Of a stretch of 64,000 nucleotides of DNA, positions 14,194-23,071 are shown one piece after another; position 1 is the stretch's first letter, and the number at the start of each line of letters is the position of its first letter. Below the pieces are notes generated by a model that did not search any database, had not been told where the DNA came from, and saw only the letters and a list, made by a program, of their open reading frames with translations. The position numbers were made by a program, and so were the translations under genes. Origin of the DNA: Coriobacteriia bacterium (GTDB taxonomy: Bacteria; Actinomycetota; Coriobacteriia; Anaerosomatales; JAAXUF01); assembly GCA_013336165.1 (NCBI GenBank), contig JAAXUF010000009.1:311-64310 (forward strand), written 5' to 3'.

Positions 14194-15465
14194 ATGAAGA
14201 CTCGCAGCGATGGCTGGCTCCGCACGGTCCTTATCATCTTCACCGGGCAGACCTTCTCCCTTCTGGGGAGTTCCGCGGTCAATTTCGCACTCGTGTGGTG
14301 GCTGACCGCCGAGACCGGCTCCGCAGCACTCCTTGCTTACGCTTCAATAGCAGCAATACTGCCGCAGGCCGTTCTCGGGCCGATCGCCGGCCCCTTCATC
14401 GATCGATGGGATCGACGATTCACGATGATCGTCGCCGATCTGATGATCGCGGCAACAAGTGTTTGGCTTCTGCTCGCGTTCGCGGAAGGTGCGCCCTCGG
14501 TGACGCTTATCATGCTCGTCATCGCGCTTCGATCCGCGGGCGCGGCGTTTCACACTCCGGCGAGCCAAGCGGCGGTTCCCATGTATGTGCCGGCGGACCA
14601 GCTGATGCGAGTCGCTGGATGGAGCTTCTTCATGAGCTCCGGTGTAGCGATGGCGGGACCTGTCCTGGGGGCATTCATGATGGCGGCCACGTCGATCTCG
14701 GCGGTCATGGCTGTCGACATCGTTGGGGCCGGGATCGCCGTCGCATCGCTCCTGATAGTCCGCATCCCCAATCCCCAGAGAGACGAGAGTGAATCAGGGC
14801 GCATCGACTTCGTCGCCGAGTTCGTCGACGGCTGGCGGGAGCTGATCCGACACCGAGGGCTACTGGATCTGACGCTCGTGCTCGCGATGGTCACGCTCCT
14901 GTATATGCCGCTCAACGCGCTGTTTCCGCTGATGACGTTCTCGCACTTCAGCGGTGATGCGGCCGCTGCGAGCTACGTTGAGGTGGCGTTCGGTGCGGGT
15001 ATGCTCGTTGGGTCGATGATGATCGGCGTGATGTCGCGGCGCTTCTCAGGCGTGCAGCTTGTCGGCGCAGGCATCCTTCTCGTGGGCGGAATGCTTGCCG
15101 TCTCGGGCATGCTGCCGTCATCCGCGTTCTGGGTCTTCGTGATGATGTGCGTGCTGATGGGGTTTTCGGTTCCGCTCTTCGGCGCTCCGATCACCGCCAT
15201 GTTCCAGGGACTCATCGATCCAGCGAAGCTGGGGCGTGTGATGTCGCTCTATATGACGATCGCGATGCTTGCGGCACCAGTAGGGTTGTTGGTCGCAGGC
15301 CCGCTGGCAGAACAGGTTGGCGTGGCTCCGTGGTTCGCGATCTCGGGCGTGCTTATAGCGGTGATGGGGCTCGTAGCTTGGTCACTCCCGGCCGTTCGCG
15401 CACTCGATGCGGCCACGGGCCTTGCGACTGCCGGCCCTGCCGCTATCGAGGAACGGGCGTTCTGA
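14194..15465 (+). CDS. MFS transporter
   Basis: About 12 hydrophobic helices and the GPIAGPFIDRWDRR loop motif typical of the enterobactin-exporter-like MFS_3 group. Internal ATG chosen as start. Confidence 0.8.
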   Translation: MKTRSDGWLRTVLIIFTGQTFSLLGSSAVNFALVWWLTAETGSAALLAYASIAAILPQAVLGPIAGPFIDRWDRRFTMIVADLMIAATSVWLLLAFAEGAPSVTLIMLVIALRSAGAAFHTPASQAAVPMYVPADQLMRVAGWSFFMSSGVAMAGPVLGAFMMAATSISAVMAVDIVGAGIAVASLLIVRIPNPQRDESESGRIDFVAEFVDGWRELIRHRGLLDLTLVLAMVTLLYMPLNALFPLMTFSHFSGDAAAASYVEVAFGAGMLVGSMMIGVMSRRFSGVQLVGAGILLVGGMLAVSGMLPSSAFWVFVMMCVLMGFSVPLFGAPITAMFQGLIDPAKLGRVMSLYMTIAMLAAPVGLLVAGPLAEQVGVAPWFAISGVLIAVMGLVAWSLPAVRALDAATGLATAGPAAIEERAF

Positions 15466-15499
15466 CCATGGCATGGAGCAAGCTCGCAGGAGGATAACG

Positions 15500-16009
15500 G
15501 TGGGTACACTCGACAGCGATCTGAGTGAGTTGCGCGATTACCTCGGCGAGGGCTCGATCCAGAGGGCCTATGCGGCGATCGTCGGGTATATGGCACGGCT
15601 CCGAACGCACTTCGCGAGCAGTCAAGGTGAGCGGGCGGTTTCGAGTCTGTACCAGGGCTACTTCGACATGACCTACTTCGCGCTGTTCCCGCCCGCCCTC
15701 AAGTCTCGTGACCTTAAACTCGCAATCGTGTTCGACTACGAGTCGTTCGGGTTCGAGGTGTGGCTTGCCGCGCGCAATCGCAAGGTACAGCGGGAGTACT
15801 GGGAGCTGTTCAGAGGAAGCAGCTGGCCCGACTACCGTGTCGTCGAACCCGCCGCCGGCGTCGACGCGATCGTCGAGTACAACGTTGCATGCGGGTTCGC
15901 ACTTGATGATTCCGAAGCACTCACCGCGCGGATTGAGGATGCGGTGGTGGCTCTTCTCGGCGATATCGAGCAGTTCCTTGCGATTCACGACCCGCGCCAA
16001 GCGGGCTGA
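15500..16009 (+). CDS. Hypothetical protein (169 aa), probably co-transcribed with the MFS gene
   Basis: GTG start with AGGAGG 6 nt upstream, only 34 nt after the MFS stop. No family recognised. Confidence 0.55.
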   Translation: MGTLDSDLSELRDYLGEGSIQRAYAAIVGYMARLRTHFASSQGERAVSSLYQGYFDMTYFALFPPALKSRDLKLAIVFDYESFGFEVWLAARNRKVQREYWELFRGSSWPDYRVVEPAAGVDAIVEYNVACGFALDDSEALTARIEDAVVALLGDIEQFLAIHDPRQAG

Positions 16010-16088
16010 CGAGCGTTTCGCGCAGAGCGCCAAGAGGTAGACTGACCGGAGAGGTTATGCGCGTCTACTCGGACCTCAGATGTTGGCA
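16004..16088 (+). repeat. attC site (family B)
   Basis: GGCTGAC (contains the TGA stop). Core GCGCCAAGAGGTAGACTGACCGGAGAGG is identical to other B sites. R' is GTTGGCA (16082-16088). Confidence 0.7.
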
Positions 16089-16132
16089 TGTACCGCGGCC
16101 GAGAGGATCAACGAGCGGTGGGCGGGAGAATC

Positions 16133-16888
16133 GTGGGTAAGCGTGTCACGGCCATTGGCGGCGTGGCAGTCGAGTATGCCGTTGCTGGCAGCGGCACGCC
16201 CGCCATCGTTCTGCTCAACGGCGCCGGAGGCCCGTTGGAGGGATGGGTTCGAGTCCTTGCGCCGCTCGAGGCTGTCAGCACCGTCGTAGCCTACAATCGT
16301 CTCGGCATCGGTCGAAGCAGTAAGCCCTCGGAGCCGCAGACCGGAGACGTCGTGGTCCGCACGCTCCACGCGCTGCTCGAGGGGCTGGGCCTGCGTCCGC
16401 CTTACGTTCTCGTAGGTCACTCCCTTGGAGGACTGTACGTCAACCTGTTCGCTCGCACGTATCCGCTGGAGGTCGCTGCCGTCGTCTTCCTGGATTCCGC
16501 GGCACCCGAGGACTCCACGCTGGTCGATGAGTACAGCACCAGCCTTCAGCGTCTCGCGCAACGAGTGGCGGATGCGGTGTTCGGGCGAGACGAGTTCGGC
16601 GAGGCAGCATGCGTTCCGAAGACCGTGGACATAATCGCGCGCGCGAACGCCTTCCCGCCGGTGCCAGTCGTGGTCGTCAGCGCAGGCAGACCCGCTCGAG
16701 GCATTCCTCCTGCTGTCCGCGCTGCGCGTGCTCGGAATCAAGAGGGGCTGGTTGCTCTTTCGCCATTGGGTCAACACTTGATAGCCGGTAAGAGCGGGCA
16801 CTTCCCACAGATCAGCGAACCAGGCCTCGTAAGCGAGACGATTCGATCGGTGGTGGCTTCGGTCAGAGAGAGCGTGCAGGAGTCTTGA
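16133..16888 (+). CDS. Alpha/beta-fold hydrolase
   Basis: Nucleophile elbow GHSLGG and an N-terminal LLNGAGG oxyanion region. GTG start with GGGAGA upstream. Confidence 0.8.
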   Translation: MGKRVTAIGGVAVEYAVAGSGTPAIVLLNGAGGPLEGWVRVLAPLEAVSTVVAYNRLGIGRSSKPSEPQTGDVVVRTLHALLEGLGLRPPYVLVGHSLGGLYVNLFARTYPLEVAAVVFLDSAAPEDSTLVDEYSTSLQRLAQRVADAVFGRDEFGEAACVPKTVDIIARANAFPPVPVVVVSAGRPARGIPPAVRAARARNQEGLVALSPLGQHLIAGKSGHFPQISEPGLVSETIRSVVASVRESVQES

Positions 16889-16916
16889 GAGGATTCATCG
16901 AAAGAGAGGAGGCGAC

Positions 16917-17288
16917 ATGAGGGCTCGAAGCCTGTGGTCTCGCATCCTTGTCGTCGTTGGTGGGATCGGGATGCTCCTCGGCGCGGTCGATCCGCTCGAG
17001 GGTTCGGTGGTCATTCTCGTCGGCAGCGCGATGGTGCTGCTCGGGATACTCCTCGGTCAGGAGGAGCGCCGCGTGCTGCTCTACTGGGCTGCCGTCTTCG
17101 CTCTCATCGCTTTGGGCGTGGCGGCCATGGTTGCCCTGAGCGCCGTCGGTGGCATCGGGGGGACGAGTGGACATTCGATGTGGTGGGGTGTCTTGGTCCT
17201 GCCCTATCCCGTTGGCTGGATCATGGGCATGGCGAGTCTGCTGTTCAGGCTGGTCAGGAGCGCTCGTCACCGCCACGCGGCCACCTGA
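16917..17288 (+). CDS. Hypothetical membrane protein (4 TM)
   Basis: RBS GAGGAGG upstream of the ATG. Strongly hydrophobic. Confidence 0.55.
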   Translation: MRARSLWSRILVVVGGIGMLLGAVDPLEGSVVILVGSAMVLLGILLGQEERRVLLYWAAVFALIALGVAAMVALSAVGGIGGTSGHSMWWGVLVLPYPVGWIMGMASLLFRLVRSARHRHAAT

Positions 17289-17375
17289 TACCGCCGTGTT
17301 TCATGCATCAGATGCAGAAGGACGATCGAGCTAGGCTTCGCAGGCAGGTTCCGGATACGACAGGCTTGCGCTGAC

Positions 17376-17477
17376 TGCTAACCTGCACGTCCGGCAGACA
17401 ACACGCCGCGAGAGCGGTAACCTTTGTCGCAGGCGCATGCAGTGGCGTATTGAAACTGACGCGCAAAGACGTCAGGC
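17376..17477 (+). repeat. Candidate terminal or degenerate attC
   Basis: Left box TGCTAAC is identical to the one at 8864. Right box GTCAGGC (17471-17477) lies 19 nt before the GNAT start. Arm pairing is weak. Confidence 0.3.
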
Positions 17478-17495
17478 GCAACAGAGGGGGACAGC

Positions 17496-18017
17496 ATGTC
17501 TGAAGCCGTGATCCGTTCTGAAACCCCGCAGGATATCGACGCCATTCGGGAGATAAACGTCGCCGCGTTCCTGATCCATCCATACAGTCATCAGACTGAG
17601 CACCTGATAGTGGAAGCTCTGCGTGCAGACAGTGCTCTGACAATCTCGCTCGTGGCCGTGCTGGACGGGGGTCCTGTGGGGCACATCGCTTTCTCCGAAG
17701 CGGTCATAGGAGAGTCGGGGCAGCAAGGATGGTTCCTACTCGGTCCTGTAGCGGTGTTTCCCGGGCTCCAGCGCGAGGGCATCGGTTCTGCGCTGGTGTC
17801 AGCTGGGCTTGATGAGCTTCGTGCGCGGGGTGCGAGCGGTTGCGTGCTGGTTGGGGATCCGGAGTTTTACGGGCGCTTCGGCTTTCGTTCCTACCCCGGT
17901 CTCACCTACGAGGGCGTTCCCAGCGAATACGTGTTGTGTCTGCCGTTCGGCGGTGCGGCGCCAGTAGGGGCAGTTCGCGCTCATGAGGCGTTTGAGATCG
18001 AGACGGATCTTGGGTAG
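17496..18017 (+). CDS. GNAT-family N-acetyltransferase (YhbS-like)
   Basis: QREGIGSALVSAGLDELRARG acetyl-CoA binding motif. RBS AGAGGGGG. Confidence 0.85.
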   Translation: MSEAVIRSETPQDIDAIREINVAAFLIHPYSHQTEHLIVEALRADSALTISLVAVLDGGPVGHIAFSEAVIGESGQQGWFLLGPVAVFPGLQREGIGSALVSAGLDELRARGASGCVLVGDPEFYGRFGFRSYPGLTYEGVPSEYVLCLPFGGAAPVGAVRAHEAFEIETDLG

Positions 18018-18066
18018 GCGTTGGCTGACAAGGATCACGATGGGACGGAGTCGTATCTAGCACGTC

Positions 18067-18507
18067 CTAGTCGTCGTCCTCGTCGTCGTCCAAGGCGATC
18101 AGCGACTCGAAACTGGGCATCGTCTCTTCCGAGAGAAGATGTGGACGGTTTGTTGCGCCTGTTTCGTCATCGGTGTCCGGAAATGAGATCAGTTCGAGCG
18201 TCGAGCTGTCGCCGTGAAGCATGAAGCGCCAGCGCTCGGGGGTATCGGCGAGTTGCTCGAAATCGACGAAGCGGAACGACATCACGTTGAGGAACAGGCA
18301 GCCGTTGACCACCAGTGTGGCCGACTCGGGGTCGGCGAGCAGCTTGACGAGGGCGGCGCGTCCTTCATTCACGGTCTCGCCATGGACGACGAAGCGGTAT
18401 TCGAGGTTGTCGAGCGTTTCCAGCGCACGCAGCATGTCTCGCGGACCTGCAAGCGTTCCGCTGCCGATCATGCATGGTGCGAGGTCTGAGTTGAGACGAG
18501 AATCCAT
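18067..18507 (-). CDS. Hypothetical protein with poly-acidic C-terminus
   Basis: Internal ATG (MDSRLNS...). Ends ...LDDDEDDD. No family recognised. Confidence 0.5.
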   Translation of the reverse strand: MDSRLNSDLAPCMIGSGTLAGPRDMLRALETLDNLEYRFVVHGETVNEGRAALVKLLADPESATLVVNGCLFLNVMSFRFVDFEQLADTPERWRFMLHGDSSTLELISFPDTDDETGATNRPHLLSEETMPSFESLIALDDDEDDD

Positions 18508-18664
18508 CGGGCGGCTCCGTATATGGGTGCACAAAGAAGTTCGTTTGACGGATTGTAGCACCCGCCATGCCGAGATCGTCTCGGCGCCGGCTTGAGGATG
18601 ATAGGGGCAAGACTGCGGTAGACTCTGGAGTGACGATTCTTTCGCGCCGGGAGGAGACCTCAAC

Positions 18665-20686
18665 GTGGGTAGGCAGCGAAGCGGCGGCAAGGGTAAGTCA
18701 GGTACACGGGGGAAAGCGGGGGGCTATCTCACCGGGCGGATTTCGATGACGCGGCACGGGTACGGGTTTGTCGGCGCGCCCGAGGGCGACTTCTTTGTGG
18801 CTGCTCGCGACACCGACGGCGCAATGCACGGCGATACCGTCTCATTGCGAGTTGACAAGAACCGCATGCGCCTCGGTCGCTCGGGGGTGGTTGTTCGCGT
18901 TCTGGAGCGTGCCAACACAACCGTGGTCGGCAGATTCGATCGGCACGGCGCCATCGGCATCGTTACGCCGGCCGACGCGCGCATGCGACATGACATCTTC
19001 GTTGCCTCGACCGGAATCGGTGACGCCACCACCGGCGACATCGTTGTCGCACGGCTCACGGGGTATCCGTCCCGCGCACACTCGGCGCAAGGCTACATCG
19101 AGGAGATCGTCGGGCGCGATGGCGACCCCGGAATGCAGATCGAAGTCATCATCCGCGAGCACGGCCTGCGCACCGAATTTCCGCAGGCGGTCGCCGATGA
19201 GGCTGCGCGCCTGCGGCTCGATGTAGAAGCGGCGCTTGCCCGCGAGCCGGATCGCATCGACATTCGCGACCGGTTCACATTCACGATCGATCCGGTCGAT
19301 GCGCGCGACTTCGATGACGCGATCACGATCGAGCACATCGATGGGCGGGTGCGCATGGGCGTGCACATCGCGGACGTGAGCCACTACGTACCATGGGACT
19401 CCTCGATCGACAACGAGGCCCGGCTGCGGGCCACCAGCGTCTACCTCGTGGATCGCGTGCTGCCGATGCTTCCCGAGGAGCTCTCCAACGGTATCTGTTC
19501 GCTCAATCCCAACGAGGATCGCTTGGCGTTCTCTGTCGATATGATGCTGTCAAAGGACGGCGTGGTGGAGTCGGCTACGTTCTTTCCCTCGGTCATTCGC
19601 TCCAAGAGGCGCTTTGACTACGACCAGGTCGATCGCTGGCTTTCCGGCGAGGAGCCTTTCCCCGAAGCGGATAGCGAGAACGCTCTGCGCGACTTCGCGC
19701 GGATGTCTGCCAAGATCGGGGAACGCCGGATCGCGCGCGGAGGGCTGGACTTCGAGACGGTCGAGGCCAAGGTCCGGCTCGATTCGGACGGCAAGCCCCT
19801 CGAGGTGATTCTGCGCGAACGCACGGTGGCGACCAACTCGATCGAGGAGGCCATGATCGCCGCCAACGAGGCGGTTGCGCGACACATGCGCGACGCGAAG
19901 GCGCCCATGATCTACCGCATCCACGAGGATCCGGACCCTGAGGCGCTTGGCCAGATCGCACTCGTCCTCAAGGAGTTCAACTACCCCATGAAGGACATTC
20001 ACGGTGCATCTCCGGCGACGTTCCAGCGAATCATCACTTTCGCCCACGGACGTCCCGAGAAGTACCTCGTGAACTCGCTGCTCGTGCGCGCCCTCGAGCG
20101 TGCGCGCTACGTCGACTACCTCGGCCCGCACTTCGGGCTCGCGAGCGAGGCCTACACTCACTTCACCAGCCCCATTCGCCGCTACCCCGACCTCATCGTG
20201 CACCGCCTCTTGAAGGCCCAGCTGCGCGGCACGCTCGCAACCGACCCCGCCGCCTCGCGCATGGCGCCGGAACTCACCTGGCTCGCCGAACACTCCTCGC
20301 AGATGGAACGCGAAGCCGAGATGGCCGAGAACGACTCGACGCGCTTCAAGCTCTGCGAGCTCATGGCCGATCACATCGACGAGGAGTTCGACGGGCTGGT
20401 CACGGGTGTGGCCAACTTCGGGTTGTTCGTCCAGCTCGAAAACACCGCCGAGGGACTCGTGCATGTCGACTCGCTGCCGGGAGGGCCGTACCGCTATGAC
20501 GCCGAGCGGCATGCGCTGTTCTCGGAGAAGCGGTCCGAGACGTTTCGATTGGGACAAGGCGTCCGGGTGCGCATCGTCAGTGTGTCGCCCGGCGACTCTC
20601 GGATCGACATGGAGCCGGCAGGGGCATCCGCGACAAGGCCGCAGCCCAAACCGCAGCCGCCACGGGAACCTCGCAAGCGCGGGTAA
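18665..20686 (+). CDS. rnr: Ribonuclease R
   Basis: Cold-shock-like N-terminal domains, RNB catalytic core (IDP..A.D.DDA, HFGL....YTHFTSPIRRY.D) and a C-terminal S1 domain with a basic tail. Confidence 0.95.
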   Translation: MGRQRSGGKGKSGTRGKAGGYLTGRISMTRHGYGFVGAPEGDFFVAARDTDGAMHGDTVSLRVDKNRMRLGRSGVVVRVLERANTTVVGRFDRHGAIGIVTPADARMRHDIFVASTGIGDATTGDIVVARLTGYPSRAHSAQGYIEEIVGRDGDPGMQIEVIIREHGLRTEFPQAVADEAARLRLDVEAALAREPDRIDIRDRFTFTIDPVDARDFDDAITIEHIDGRVRMGVHIADVSHYVPWDSSIDNEARLRATSVYLVDRVLPMLPEELSNGICSLNPNEDRLAFSVDMMLSKDGVVESATFFPSVIRSKRRFDYDQVDRWLSGEEPFPEADSENALRDFARMSAKIGERRIARGGLDFETVEAKVRLDSDGKPLEVILRERTVATNSIEEAMIAANEAVARHMRDAKAPMIYRIHEDPDPEALGQIALVLKEFNYPMKDIHGASPATFQRIITFAHGRPEKYLVNSLLVRALERARYVDYLGPHFGLASEAYTHFTSPIRRYPDLIVHRLLKAQLRGTLATDPAASRMAPELTWLAEHSSQMEREAEMAENDSTRFKLCELMADHIDEEFDGLVTGVANFGLFVQLENTAEGLVHVDSLPGGPYRYDAERHALFSEKRSETFRLGQGVRVRIVSVSPGDSRIDMEPAGASATRPQPKPQPPREPRKRG

Positions 20687-20770
20687 CGGCTACGACTGTT
20701 GGCGTACTGGTTCACAGGAACGCGGAAGGATAGACTGGTCTGGTCAAACTGTCGACTCGGAGGCTAGTCC

Positions 20771-21835
20771 ATGCATAATCAGGACCTCGATTTTCTGCGC
20801 GAACTCGTGGAGGCGCCTTCGCCTTCAGGTTTCGAGCAGCCGGCCGCGAAGGTATTTCGCGACCGCCTCACAAAATCAGCTGACAAGATTGAAACGAACG
20901 TCATGGGTTCCGTGCACGCGATCTTGAAGGGCACGGCGACCAATGGCGTTTCGGTGATGCTCGCGGGGCACATCGATGAGATCGGCATGATGGTCAACTA
21001 TATCTCTGCCGAAGGCTTCGTCTCGTTCTCGGCGATCGGCGGCGTGGATGCTGCGATCCTCCCGGGCATGCGAGTGCGCGTTCACACGAAGGACGGTACG
21101 CTGCTCGGCGTGATGGGCCGCAAGCCGATCCATCTTATCGAGGAGGACGAGCGCAAGACCATCACCAAGCTCGACAAGCTGTTTATCGACCTCGGCATGT
21201 CGGGCGAGGAGGTCAAGAGCGTAGTCAGGATCGGGGACCCGATCACGTTCGACGTTGGCCTCGAAACCTTTGGCGACGATCTGGCTGTCTCGCGGGCATT
21301 CGACGACAAGATGGGCGCCTGGATTGCGGCGCGCGTTCTTGAGGAGGTCAAGGCTGCCGGCGGCGCGCCGGGCGACCTGATCGCCGCTGGCACGGTTCAG
21401 GAAGAGGTTGGGCTGCGCGGGGGCATCACTTCCGCTTACGGCGTGAACCCGGTCGTGGGCATCGCCGTCGAGGTGGGACACGCTACCGACTATCCCGATA
21501 TCGACAAGCGCAAGCACGGCGAGGCCAGCTGCGGCGCCGGGCCGATCATCGCCCGCGGGCCCAATATCAACCCGGCCTTGTTCGACCTGCTGGTCGAAGC
21601 CGCCGAGAGCGCCGGTGTCACCTACCAGCTCGGCGCCGAGCCGCGCGGTACCGGGACCGACGCCAACGCGATCCAGTTGTCGCGCGGCGGCAAAGCGGCC
21701 GCTCTCATCTCCATCCCGCTGCGCTACATGCACACGCCGACCGAGGTGCTCTCTCTCAAGGACCTCGACGCCGCAGTCGCGCTGCTGACGCGCTTCGTAC
21801 TCGACCTTAAGCCGGAGACGGACTTCACGCCGTAG
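20771..21835 (+). CDS. M42-family metallopeptidase (FrvX/YsdC-like aminopeptidase)
   Basis: L.EAPSPSG.E, AGHIDEIG, RAFDDK.G and QEEVGLRG motifs. Confidence 0.9.
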   Translation: MHNQDLDFLRELVEAPSPSGFEQPAAKVFRDRLTKSADKIETNVMGSVHAILKGTATNGVSVMLAGHIDEIGMMVNYISAEGFVSFSAIGGVDAAILPGMRVRVHTKDGTLLGVMGRKPIHLIEEDERKTITKLDKLFIDLGMSGEEVKSVVRIGDPITFDVGLETFGDDLAVSRAFDDKMGAWIAARVLEEVKAAGGAPGDLIAAGTVQEEVGLRGGITSAYGVNPVVGIAVEVGHATDYPDIDKRKHGEASCGAGPIIARGPNINPALFDLLVEAAESAGVTYQLGAEPRGTGTDANAIQLSRGGKAAALISIPLRYMHTPTEVLSLKDLDAAVALLTRFVLDLKPETDFTP

Positions 21836-21855
21836 GCTGAATCCGCACTCGACAA

Positions 21856-21898
21856 ACACAAAACGGGTCGCTCCCAATCGGGCGACCCGTTTTGTGTG
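21856..21898 (+). terminator. Rho-independent (bidirectional-looking) terminator
   Basis: ACACAAAACGGGTCGC / GCGACCCGTTTTGTGT perfect 16-bp stem. The 3' arm of the stem is T-rich. Confidence 0.7.
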
Positions 21899-21942
21899 TG
21901 GCTCAGACGCTACAATGGATCTGCTCAATCGAGGAGGATGCA

Positions 21943-22413
21943 ATGGAGCGCCAAGAGAAACTCATCGCAAACAACAAGAAGGCGTACCACGACTATTTCG
22001 TGGACGAGGTTTTTGAGTGCGGCATCGAACTGACGGGGAGCGAGGTCAAGTCACTGCGCGACAGCCACGCATCGCTGCGTGAATCATATGCGACCATTCG
22101 CAAAGGAGAGGTCTTTCTTCTCGGCGTGCACGTCGCTCCCTACAGCCACGGCAACCGTTCAAATGTCGATCCCAACAGGTCCCGGAAGCTTCTCATGCAC
22201 AAGAAGGAGATCCGCTACCTCATGGGCAAGACGAAGGAGCGCGGGTTCACGCTCGTGCCGCTGAGGATGTACTTCACGCCAGCCAACCTCGTGAAGGTGG
22301 AGATCGGCCTGGCACGCGGGAAGAAGAACTACGACAAGCGTGCCGACATTGCCGAGAAGGACCAGAAGCGCGATGTGGAGCGCGCGCTCAGGGAACGTCA
22401 GAAGGGGGCGTAA
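21943..22413 (+). CDS. smpB: SsrA-binding protein SmpB
   Basis: NKKA.HDY.......GIEL.G.EVKS.R pattern and a basic C-terminal tail. RBS GAGGAGG. Confidence 0.95.
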   Translation: MERQEKLIANNKKAYHDYFVDEVFECGIELTGSEVKSLRDSHASLRESYATIRKGEVFLLGVHVAPYSHGNRSNVDPNRSRKLLMHKKEIRYLMGKTKERGFTLVPLRMYFTPANLVKVEIGLARGKKNYDKRADIAEKDQKRDVERALRERQKGA

Positions 22414-22583
22414 GCGGTGAAGCCGCGGGGGCGGGGAGGTTCTGGGCGTCTGCCGAAGGTACGGTAGCTGCCGCTCGGCACACAGTTCGCTGATCTGTGG
22501 TCGCAGGGGACCCCGCGCGCGGGTATACTCTCGAAAGCGACCTGACGGTCACGGCACCTTGATACGTCGATCTCTCCCCATAT

Positions 22584-22934
22584 GGGGGCGACTGGATTCG
22601 ACACGATAGTTCTGAGGGAGGAAGCAGGTCGCGGTCTCCTCGCCGCGTTAAACAGGGGTAAACGCCAATTAACTGGCACCAATAAATATGCTCTCGCTGC
22701 CTAAATAGCCAGCGACGCTGACCCGATACACGTCTCCGGTATCGGCAAAGCGCAACTCAGGAGACTGCCGCTTCGGACGTAGTCTGTATGCCGTAGCGAA
22801 AGACTGAACTGACTGGGAAGGGACACGCCGGTCACGGTGCGTCGTCCCGACCGAGACCCAAGCTGTGACTGAACCTGGAGATGCCTCCCAGGGTGCTACC
22901 GTGGACCGGAGTTCGATTCTCCGCGCCTCCACCA
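22584..22934 (+). ncRNA. ssrA: tmRNA (SsrA)
   Basis: 5' GGGGGCG pairs with 3' CGCCUCC-A-CCA, including the G3:U pair. 3' end has a T-arm GGAGUUCGAUUCUCC. Internal tag frame 22657-22704 encodes GKRQLTGTNKYALAA followed by a stop. Confidence 0.9.
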
Positions 22935-22943
22935 TACATTCGG

Positions 22944-22972
22944 GCCCGGCCGGAAACGGTCGGGCTCTTTTC
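22944..22972 (+). terminator. Rho-independent terminator after ssrA
   Basis: GCCCGGCC / GGTCGGGC stem followed by TCTTTTCT. Confidence 0.6.
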
Positions 22973-23071
22973 TGTTGCGTTTGCTCCTCGTACAACTCCT
23001 GGTCGTGCTGCCCGAAAGTCAGCGTGGGATACAATCCCACAAGGATCCCAACCGGCACGAAAGGCGGTGTC

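Larger units (their letters stand above)
1..17477 (+). mobile_element. Integron-type gene cassette array (17 fairly clear attC sites plus degenerate ones; intI/attI not inside the window)
   Basis: All confident ORFs but one are on the + strand, short and functionally unrelated. Nearly each is followed within 0-20 nt by a 56-110 bp imperfect inverted repeat. The left box contains (A/G)AC and the right box is GTTRRRY (GTTGGAC 689-695, GTTAGGC 4164-4170, GTTGGGC 5031-5037, 7173-7179, 7748-7754, 9436-9442). Several stop codons lie inside the left box. Confidence 0.75.

Noticed and set aside
22672-22690. TGGCAC motif (CTGGCACCAATAAATATGC) as a second sigma54 promoter
   Set aside because: It lies inside the tmRNA tag-coding region. 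The -12 position reads AATA rather than TTGC.
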